From NCBI GenBank assembly GCA_963666515.2, contig OY762897.2, positions 576,001 through 640,000 of the forward strand: a stretch of DNA of 64,000 bases, given 5' to 3'. The DNA comes from Candidatus Binatia bacterium. Lineage in GTDB: Bacteria; Desulfobacterota; Binatia; UBA9968; JAJDTQ01. Of the stretch, positions 1-7,150 are shown in pieces. The notes beneath the pieces are model-generated. The model made no database searches. It was not told the DNA's origin and saw only the letters and a program-made list of their open reading frames with translations. Every line of letters starts with the position of its first letter. The stretch's first letter is position 1. A program made the translations under genes and the position numbers.

Positions 1-2
1 TA

Positions 3-374
3 TCCGCCCAGTTGCAGATCGGGATGGTCCTCCACATACGCCTCAACCGTTCGCCGGAGAATCTTGAGCGCGACGCCCCGGTGGTCAATCGATTCCTCAT
101 CAACAACATGCTCTGCTACGGCCTGTTCGTCGGCTGGCACTATTCCTGCGGCTCCAGGTACGACAGCGAGTTCTGGCGTCACGCTCGCGACCACGTCTGG
201 CCACAACGCCGCAAGGCGGCGGACCCCGCGGTGGTGGATTGCGCCGCGCTCGGCAAATTCGACGAGATGATCGAGGTGTTGAATCAGCCGGTGATCGACA
301 AGGCGGACTGGGACCGGATGTGCGCGGTCCCCCTCACCAGCTACGCCCAGATGTCTCAGGGTCTTGGCTGTTAG
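3..374 (+). CDS. Tryptophan halogenase-family FAD-dependent halogenase, C-terminal fragment (5' truncated by window edge)
   Basis: Frame is open from base 3. The WHYSCGSRYDSEFW segment resembles the HY...R.DS.FW motif at the C-terminus of Trp_halogenase proteins. FAD motifs lie outside the window. Confidence 0.6.
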   Translation, partial: SAQLQIGMVLHIRLNRSPENLERDAPVVNRFLINNMLCYGLFVGWHYSCGSRYDSEFWRHARDHVWPQRRKAADPAVVDCAALGKFDEMIEVLNQPVIDKADWDRMCAVPLTSYAQMSQGLGC

Positions 375-1732
375 GCGGTAGCGGTAGCCGGCTCCTGCCC
401 CCGCCGCTCGAAGTAGTCCTTGGCGACGTCCGGGAACAGCGTGTAGGAGAGCACGTCTTCCTCGCTGGCGGCGAGGTCGCCGATCTCCTTGCGGGCATCT
501 TCCATCCGGGGCTTCAGCAGGTCGGCGGGGCGGCAGGTGATGGGTTCCTTCTTGCCCAGGACCATGGCCTTCATCTCGTCGCTGACCGAGCCCGGCGGCT
601 CGCCGTAGTGCCCCATGACGTAGTTGCGCACTTCCATGGTCACCACGCCGTAACGCTTGCCGGTGAGCACGTTCAGGGTGGCCTGGGAGCCGACGATCTG
701 GCTGGTGGGGGTCACCAGCGGCGGATAACCCAGGTCCTTCCGCACCGCCTGGACTTCCTGGAGCACCTCGTCCAGGCGGTTCTCGGCGTTCTGCTGGCGC
801 AACTGGGTCACCAGGTTCGAGAGCATCCCGCCCGGGATCTGCGACTCGACGATGTCGGCGTTGACCCGGTTGCTGATGGGACTCTCGAAGTCGCTGTACT
901 TGCTGCGCACCTCGGTGAAGTAGTGCGCGATGCCGTTCAACTGCTGGAGGTCCAGGCCGGTGTCGTAGGGGGTTCCCTTGAGCGAGACCACCACCGCCTC
1001 CGTGGCGGGCTGGGAGGTGCCGTGGGACAGCGTGGAGATGGCCGTGTCGACGATGTCTACGCCCGCCTCCACCGCCATGATATAGGCCATCTGCGCCATG
1101 CCCGTGGTGCAGTGGGAGTGCAGGTGGACGGGGATGTCGAAACGCTCCTTCAACGCGCCGATGAGGTCGCGGGCCACGTAGGGCGACAGCAGGCCGGCCA
1201 TGTCCTTGACCGCCAGCACGTCGGTGCCGGCGTCCACGAGCTGGTCGGCGAAGTCCACGAAGTATTGCAGCGAGTGGACCGGACTGATGGTGTACGACAC
1301 CGCGGCCTCCAGGGTCTTGCCGGTGCGTTTCACCGCTTCCATGGAGGTCTTCATGTTGCGGACGTCGTTCATGGCGTCGAATATCCTGAACACGTCGATG
1401 CCGTTCTCAGCGGACTTCTCGACGAAGGACTCGACGGCGTCGTCCGGGTAGTTGCGGTATCCGACGATGTTCTGCCCCCGCAGCAGCATCTGGAGCCGGG
1501 TGTTGGGCATGGCCTCCCGGATCAGCCGGAGGCGTTCCCAGGGGTCCTCGTTCAGGTACCGCAGGCAGGCGTCGAACGTGGCCCCGCCCCACATCTCCAC
1601 CGACCAGAAGCCGATCTTGTCGAGATCCTGGGCGATGGGGAGCATGTCCTCGGTGCGCATGCGCGTGGCCAGTAGCGACTGGTGCGCGTCTCTGAGCACG
1701 GTTTCGGTGATCCCGACCTTCTTGCCTTCCAT
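371..1732 (-). CDS. Pyruvate carboxylase subunit B / oxaloacetate decarboxylase alpha-like carboxyltransferase (no biotin-carrier domain)
   Basis: Motifs LRDAHQSLLATR, EMWGGATFD, MLLRGQN, KDMAG, HLHSH, QIPGGMLSN and GYPPLVTPTSQIVG. The 453 aa protein lacks an EAMKM biotinyl domain. Confidence 0.9.
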   Translation of the reverse strand: MEGKKVGITETVLRDAHQSLLATRMRTEDMLPIAQDLDKIGFWSVEMWGGATFDACLRYLNEDPWERLRLIREAMPNTRLQMLLRGQNIVGYRNYPDDAVESFVEKSAENGIDVFRIFDAMNDVRNMKTSMEAVKRTGKTLEAAVSYTISPVHSLQYFVDFADQLVDAGTDVLAVKDMAGLLSPYVARDLIGALKERFDIPVHLHSHCTTGMAQMAYIMAVEAGVDIVDTAISTLSHGTSQPATEAVVVSLKGTPYDTGLDLQQLNGIAHYFTEVRSKYSDFESPISNRVNADIVESQIPGGMLSNLVTQLRQQNAENRLDEVLQEVQAVRKDLGYPPLVTPTSQIVGSQATLNVLTGKRYGVVTMEVRNYVMGHYGEPPGSVSDEMKAMVLGKKEPITCRPADLLKPRMEDARKEIGDLAASEEDVLSYTLFPDVAKDYFERRGQEPATATA

Positions 1733-1779
1733 CGTTGTCTCCTGGTGAGGTGGCCGATGGCAGCGTGCGCGGCTGCCTC

Positions 1780-1830
1780 GGGTTAACGGCGTTAACCCCT
1801 TACGTTATGGGAACTGGGGCGCATTTGCAA
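1780..1830 (-). promoter_or_regulatory. sigma70-like promoter (TTGCAA-17-TAACGT) followed by palindrome GGGTTAACG-G-CGTTAACCC
   Basis: -35 at 1830-1825 and -10 at 1807-1802. Perfect 9-bp inverted repeat at 1780-1798. Confidence 0.5.
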
Positions 1831-1876
1831 GCAAAATCGCACGTCTGCGCGTGTTCGGCAGCGATCCGGGGGCGTT

Positions 1877-3172
1877 TCAGGCGACCACGCGCGTCGCCGG
1901 AGCGTCCCGGGCCGGCAGCGCGGCGCTTTGCAGGTAGATCGAGACCCGGGTGCCTTTGCCCAACTGGCTCTCGATCTTCAGGTCGCCGCCGTGGGCCTGG
2001 GTGATGTGCTTGACGATGGCGAGGCCCAAGCCGGTGCCGCCAAGCTCCCGCGAACGAGCCTTGTCCACGCGGTAGAACCGTTCGGTGAGCCGGGGCAGGT
2101 CCTTTTCCGGGATGCCGCAGCCGGTGTCGGACACGGTCAGCGCCAGCCGTCGCCCGCCGTCGCCGTCGGGAGCCGGCTCCAGGCCCGCGCGGACCACCAC
2201 CGCGCCGCGGTCGGGGGTGTACTTGAGGGCGTTGTCGACCAGGTTGATGAGCAACTGCTGCAAGCGGTCTTCATCTCCCAGTATGTCCGGGATGTCGGCG
2301 TCGGCGTCGGCGCGGATGCGGATGTTTTTTTCGCCCGCCTGCTGGCGGAACAGCTCCAGCACGCGTTCCAGCAGGGGTCTCGCGGCCACGCGCTGCATCC
2401 TCACGTTGACGTTGCCCATCTCCAGGTCCGACAAAGCCAGCAGGTCGTCGATGAGGCGGCCGAGGCGCTCGGAGTGGCGCGTCACCACGTTCAGGAACTG
2501 CCTGGCCATCGCCGGGTCGCCGGGCGGGTTGTGCAGCAACGTCTCGGCGTAGCCCTGTATGGCCGTCAGGGGCGTGCGCATCTCGTGGGAGACGTTGGCG
2601 ACGAAATCGGCGCGGATCTGCTCCAGCCGCTTCAACTCGGTGACCTCGTGGAACACCAGCACGTAGCCGAGCAGTTCCTGCCGCGAGTGTTCCAGGCGCG
2701 CCGCGTTGACCGCGAACCAGCGGTCGTCCCCGAGGGTCAGCTCCCGGTGGAGCGAGCCGCGGCTGCCGTCTCCTTCCACGACGTCGTGGATCAGGGCCTG
2801 CATCTCCGGATGGCGTGAGACCTCGACGCTGGACAGGCGCCGCGCGCCGGTGTCCGCCGGCAGGTCGAACATGGTCCGGGCCTTCTCGTTCACCAGCATC
2901 ACCTTGCCGCCGGTGTCCAGCACGATAACCCCTTCCATCATGCAGCTCAGGATGGACTGGAGCTTCTCGCTTTCCGCGGTCATGTCCTGAAGGCGGCGGG
3001 TCAGCGTCTGGGCCAGCTCGTTGAGGCCCTCCTCCAACGCCCCCAGCTCATCCCGGCGTTGCACCGGAAGGGTCTCGCCGGAAGGCGTGTCGAGGACGGC
3101 CCGGCGGCAGAAAGCCACCATGTCGGCCACGCGGTTGCGTCCCCGCAGGGAGATGTAGCCAGGATACCACAT
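1877..3172 (-). CDS. phoR: Phosphate regulon sensor histidine kinase PhoR (HAMP-PAS-HisKA-HATPase)
   Basis: DFVANVSHEMRTPLT H-box, NLVDNALKY, DTGCGI and ERFYRVDKARSRELGGTGLGLAIVKH. Lies downstream of phoU-phoB. Confidence 0.9.
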   Translation of the reverse strand: MWYPGYISLRGRNRVADMVAFCRRAVLDTPSGETLPVQRRDELGALEEGLNELAQTLTRRLQDMTAESEKLQSILSCMMEGVIVLDTGGKVMLVNEKARTMFDLPADTGARRLSSVEVSRHPEMQALIHDVVEGDGSRGSLHRELTLGDDRWFAVNAARLEHSRQELLGYVLVFHEVTELKRLEQIRADFVANVSHEMRTPLTAIQGYAETLLHNPPGDPAMARQFLNVVTRHSERLGRLIDDLLALSDLEMGNVNVRMQRVAARPLLERVLELFRQQAGEKNIRIRADADADIPDILGDEDRLQQLLINLVDNALKYTPDRGAVVVRAGLEPAPDGDGGRRLALTVSDTGCGIPEKDLPRLTERFYRVDKARSRELGGTGLGLAIVKHITQAHGGDLKIESQLGKGTRVSIYLQSAALPARDAPATRVVA

Positions 3173-3181
3173 GGCTAAGCG

Positions 3182-3892
3182 CTAAGTATCGAGGGCTCTC
3201 TCATCCAGCTTGTAGCCCACGCCGCGCACGGTGACGATCCACCCGGAACTACGGTCGTCGTGTTCCAGCGCCTCCCGGATCCGCCGGATGTGGACGTCCA
3301 CCGTGCGGGACGTCACATAGACGTCGGAGCGCCAGACGCCGTCCAGTATCTGGTCGCGGCTCAGCACCCGGTTGCGATTCTGGATCAGAAAGCGCAGAAC
3401 TTCAAACCCCTTGAGGGTGAGCTTGACCGGACTGCCGGCGACCTGCACCTCGTAGGTCGTGAAGTTGACCTTCAGGGGACCCTTCTCGTAGATGTCGGCC
3501 AGATCGGGCGAAGCCGGAGACTCGGTCCGCCGCAGCACGGCCTTGACCCGGGCCACCATCTCCCGGGGACTGAAGGGTTTCGTGATGTAGTCGTCCGCCC
3601 CCAGCTCCAGGCCCACCACCCGGTCGGCTTCCCCCGCTTTGGCGGTGAGCATGAGGATCGGCGTCTGGGAGGTTTCGGGAGTTTGCCGGATGATCTTGCA
3701 GAACTCCAGGCCGGAGAGGCTCGGCAGCATCAGGTCCAGCACGATGAGCCGCGGGGGCTCCTTCCGCACCAGTTCCAACGCGTTTTCGCCGTTCTCGGCC
3801 TCGACCACCGCAAAGCGCTCCTGCTGGAGGTGGTACGAGATCAGCTTGCGAATGTCCGCTTCGTCTTCGACGACGAGGATGTGGTCCGCCAT
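3182..3892 (-). CDS. phoB: OmpR-family response regulator PhoB
   Basis: Receiver domain (ILVVEDE, LDLMLP, GADDYITKPFSP) plus winged helix (RTVDVHIRRIR, TVRGVGY). Lies between phoU and phoR. Confidence 0.9.
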   Translation of the reverse strand: MADHILVVEDEADIRKLISYHLQQERFAVVEAENGENALELVRKEPPRLIVLDLMLPSLSGLEFCKIIRQTPETSQTPILMLTAKAGEADRVVGLELGADDYITKPFSPREMVARVKAVLRRTESPASPDLADIYEKGPLKVNFTTYEVQVAGSPVKLTLKGFEVLRFLIQNRNRVLSRDQILDGVWRSDVYVTSRTVDVHIRRIREALEHDDRSSGWIVTVRGVGYKLDERALDT

Positions 3893-3922
3893 GAGCTTCC
3901 CGCACAGACTCGCGCACGTCGC

Positions 3923-4609
3923 TCAGATGGACCGGGGCACTTCCTTGACGTGGCGAATGCTGGTCCCCTTGACCAGGAAGATGACCATTTCGGCGATGTT
4001 GGTGGCATGGTCCGCAATGCGTTCCAGGTACTTCGAGACGAACGTGATCTTCATGGCGCGGTTGATGGTCCTGGGGTCGGAGATCATGTACGAGACCGTT
4101 TCGCGGAAGATCTGCTCGTTCAGGTCGTCGATCTCCTGGTCGTCCTGGCACACCTTGAGGGCCAGCGAGGTGTCCTCGTGCACGAAGGCGTTCAGGCTCT
4201 CCGATATCATCCGCCGGGAGATTTCGGCCATGCGCGGTATGTCGATGTAGGGTTTGAGCGGGGCCTCGCGGATCAATTCGAGAGAGCGCTCGGAAATGTT
4301 CACCGAGATGTCGCCGATGCGTTCCAGGTCCGTGGTGATCTTGAGCGCCGTGGTCACGAACCGGAGGTCCTTTCCCGCCGGCTGGTGCAGGGCGATCAGG
4401 CGCACGCACAACTCGTCGATGTCGGCGTCCATCCGGTTGACCTCGGCGTCTCTCTCGATGACGCTCTCGGCGAGGGTCGCTTCGCGGTCCACCAGCGCCT
4501 TGATGGAGCGGTCGATCTGGTCCTCCACCAGGCCGCCCATCTTGATGATCCTGTCGCGGAGGGACTTCAGCTCTTCTTCGTATTTTCGATCGGTGTGCTC
4601 GGGACGCAT
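3923..4609 (-). CDS. phoU: Phosphate signalling complex protein PhoU
   Basis: QPAGKDLR, TDLERIGD and KYLERIADHATNIAEMV motifs. Confidence 0.95.
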   Translation of the reverse strand: MRPEHTDRKYEEELKSLRDRIIKMGGLVEDQIDRSIKALVDREATLAESVIERDAEVNRMDADIDELCVRLIALHQPAGKDLRFVTTALKITTDLERIGDISVNISERSLELIREAPLKPYIDIPRMAEISRRMISESLNAFVHEDTSLALKVCQDDQEIDDLNEQIFRETVSYMISDPRTINRAMKITFVSKYLERIADHATNIAEMVIFLVKGTSIRHVKEVPRSI

Positions 4610-4646
4610 GGGCGACCTCGCAGGTACGGCAACGCCGGTGAATACG

Positions 4647-6143
4647 CTAGCCCACTTCGATCTCGTAGGCTTCCTGGTGCAGGCTGGAGTCGGCCTTGAT
4701 GACCACCTGACGGTCGATCTCGCGCTCCAGGGCCTCCAGGCCTTCGTTGGCGTCGTCGTACAGGAAGTTGGCGATACCGGGGTGGACGTGCACGGTGACG
4801 CGCCCGCCGTTGTCGAGTTGCGCGCTCTCGCGCTTGATGCCGCGGAGGATCTCGTAGGCGATGGTGGGTTGGGACTTGATGCGGCCGCGTCCGACGCAGT
4901 AGGGACACGGACTCAGCAGGACGTTGCCGAGGTTCTCCCGGGTGCGCTGCCGGGTCATTTCCACCAGCCCGAGCCGGGAGATGGGCAGTACGCGGGTCTT
5001 GGCCTTGTCCTGCTTCACCGCTTCCTTCAAGGCGTCGTAGACCTTCTTCCGGTTGGCGGCCTGCTCCATGTCGATGAAGTCGATGATGATGATGCCGCCG
5101 ACGTTGCGCAGGCGGAGTTGATGCACGACCTCGCGCGTCGCCTCCAGGTTGATCTTGAGAACGGTGGCTTCCAGGTCCTTCTTTCCGACGTAGCGGCCGG
5201 TGTTGACGTCCACCGCGGTCAGCGCCTCGGTCTGCTCGATGTTGATGTATCCGCCGGAGTTCAGCCATATCTTGGGCTCCAGCGCTTTACGGACCTTGCG
5301 CTCGATCTCGTAGCGGTCGAGCAGCGGCTCCGGCTCGTCGTACAGCGCCACCCGCCGCCTGAGGCGCGGCATGAACTGATCGACGAACTCCACGACGCGT
5401 CGGTACTCGCCGGCGTGATCCACCACCACCTCCTCGGTGTTGGCATTGAAGAAGTCGCGGATGGTGCGCGGCACGAGGTCCAGGTCCTGGTGGATCAGCT
5501 CGGGGGCCGCCGCCGACTCCCGCCGTTTTCGGATCCGCTCCCAGAGCTTCGTCAGAAACCGCACGTCGCTCTGAATGTCCCTCTTGTTGCGCCCCTCGCA
5601 CGCGGTGCGGATGATGAAGCCGTCATCCTCCCGTGCAAGCCCCTGCACGATCTCCTTCAGGCGCTGCCGTTCCTTGTCGTCCTCGATCTTGCGGGAGACG
5701 GCCACGTGGCCGGTGTTGGGCATGAATACGAGGAACCGGCCGGGCAGGGACACGTGGGTGGTGATGCGGGCGCCCTTCATTCCCAGCGGGTCCTTGGCGA
5801 CCTGCACCAGGATCTCCTGATCCGGGCTGAGTAGCTGCTCGATGCGGAGCCGGCCCTGCTCCGGAGCGGGTTCGAGCAGCACCTCGTCGCCGTTCCCGTT
5901 CACCGTCGCCGGCAAAGTCGCCGGGGTGCAGTCCGAGGCATGGAGGAACGCGGCCTTCTCCAGGCCGATGTCCACGAAGGCCGCCTGCATTCCGGGGAGC
6001 ACGCGTCCGACCCGCCCCTTGTAGACGTTGCCGACGCAGCCTCTTTCCTGGTTGCGCTCGATGAGGAACTCGGCCAAGCCGTTGTCCTCCATCACGGCGA
6101 TACGGGTTTCCTGGGGAGTGGTGTTGATGAGGATCCGTCTCAT
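4647..6143 (-). CDS. rng: Ribonuclease G (Rne/Rng family)
   Basis: GNVYKGRV..VLPGMQAAFVDIG, TEALTAVDVNTG, QLRLRNVGGIIIIDFIDM and CPYC zinc link. 498 aa with no RNase E C-terminal scaffold. Confidence 0.93.
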   Translation of the reverse strand: MRRILINTTPQETRIAVMEDNGLAEFLIERNQERGCVGNVYKGRVGRVLPGMQAAFVDIGLEKAAFLHASDCTPATLPATVNGNGDEVLLEPAPEQGRLRIEQLLSPDQEILVQVAKDPLGMKGARITTHVSLPGRFLVFMPNTGHVAVSRKIEDDKERQRLKEIVQGLAREDDGFIIRTACEGRNKRDIQSDVRFLTKLWERIRKRRESAAAPELIHQDLDLVPRTIRDFFNANTEEVVVDHAGEYRRVVEFVDQFMPRLRRRVALYDEPEPLLDRYEIERKVRKALEPKIWLNSGGYINIEQTEALTAVDVNTGRYVGKKDLEATVLKINLEATREVVHQLRLRNVGGIIIIDFIDMEQAANRKKVYDALKEAVKQDKAKTRVLPISRLGLVEMTRQRTRENLGNVLLSPCPYCVGRGRIKSQPTIAYEILRGIKRESAQLDNGGRVTVHVHPGIANFLYDDANEGLEALEREIDRQVVIKADSSLHQEAYEIEVG

Positions 6144-6210
6144 GCGTCAGCGCCCCGGACCGGACGGCACGTGGAGCATGTGTGATACGTTGTCCGGGAG
6201 ACCAAGGTTC

Positions 6211-6239
6211 AGGATAGGCCAGTCCGGGTGAAATGGCAA
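6211..6239 (-). promoter_or_regulatory. sigma70-like promoter for rng-phoUBR (TTGCCA-17-TATCCT)
   Basis: -35 at 6239-6234 and -10 at 6216-6211 on the minus strand. Confidence 0.5.
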
Positions 6240-6286
6240 GCTGCGCGCCGCCGGCGCGAGGGCTCGGCCCGCCTCCCCGGCCCGGT

Positions 6287-6315
6287 TTGACAAGGCGCGC
6301 AGGGGGCGATAGATT
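6287..6315 (+). promoter_or_regulatory. sigma70 promoter for HNH gene (TTGACA-17-TAGATT)
   Basis: Consensus -35, 17-bp spacer, and the same -10 hexamer as the rrn promoter. Confidence 0.6.
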
Positions 6316-6401
6316 CCGTCATGATTCAATCAGGGGCCTTGGTGGATACTGGTACACGTCACGCAGGGAGTCCTGGGAGCGTCGCCCTGGACCGTTCTCC
6401 G

Positions 6402-6998
6402 ATGCACACGAAGGTGCTGATGTTGAATCGTTCGTATCTCCCGATACACGTCACGTCGGTACGCCGGGCCTTCACCCTCCTCTACCTGGGCATCGCCAGG
6501 GTCGTCAACGAGAAGTACCAGACCTTCGACTTCGAGGGCTGGAGCGACCTCGCGGTGTCGGTCCACGAGGAATCGGTCGGGTTGGTGAACCACGTGGTGC
6601 GGGTGCCCCGGGTCATACTCCTGGTGCGGTACGACCGGGTGCCCAAGCGGCAGGTGCGGTTCAGCCGCTACAACATCTATGCCCGCGACCGGTCCACCTG
6701 CCAGTACTGCGGCCGAAGGCTGCCGCGCCACCAGCTCAACCTCGATCACGTGATCCCCCGTTCCCTGGGCGGCACCTCCCGCTGGGAGAACGTGGTCTGC
6801 TCCTGCGTGCCGTGCAACCGCAGGAAGGGCGGGCGCACTCCCCAGGAAGCGCGCATGAAGCTGTTGCGCGAGCCGTACAAGCCGACGTGGACTCCCTTCA
6901 TCCAGGAGGGCGGCGGGAACGTCCGCTACCGTGAGTGGCTCCCGTTCCTCTCCACCGTTGATGCCTCCTACTGGAACACCACGCTGCTGGAGGCGTAG
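6402..6998 (+). CDS. HNH endonuclease (McrA-like)
   Basis: VLMLNRSY N-terminus and RD..TCQYCG..LNLDHVIPRSLGG..WENVVCSC..CN..KG.RTP HNH/zinc motif. Start placed at MHTKV (6402); the alternative is 6321. Confidence 0.88.
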   Translation: MHTKVLMLNRSYLPIHVTSVRRAFTLLYLGIARVVNEKYQTFDFEGWSDLAVSVHEESVGLVNHVVRVPRVILLVRYDRVPKRQVRFSRYNIYARDRSTCQYCGRRLPRHQLNLDHVIPRSLGGTSRWENVVCSCVPCNRRKGGRTPQEARMKLLREPYKPTWTPFIQEGGGNVRYREWLPFLSTVDASYWNTTLLEA

Positions 6999-7010
6999 AC
7001 GGTTTCACCG

Positions 7011-7058
7011 CTTCAACATGTTGTGGTATGCGGCCCGTTCCATCACTTCATGTTGTGA
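7011..7058 (+). promoter_or_regulatory. Tandem NrdR-box-like palindromes upstream of smc
   Basis: cttCAACATGTTGtgg (7011-7026) and tcaCTTCATGTTGtga (7043-7058), centres 32 bp apart. TTGACA follows at 7066-7071. Confidence 0.55.
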
Positions 7059-7150
7059 AATCCGCTTGACACCAACCCCCCGCCTGTGAAACAAACATAC
7101 GATGGAGGGCCCCGTTTCGGAGGCTCCCCGAATCGCGCGGGATTCATCGT

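Noticed and set aside
6147-6329. 60-aa ORF upstream of rng
   Set aside because: It spans the two divergent promoters and has no recognisable protein features.
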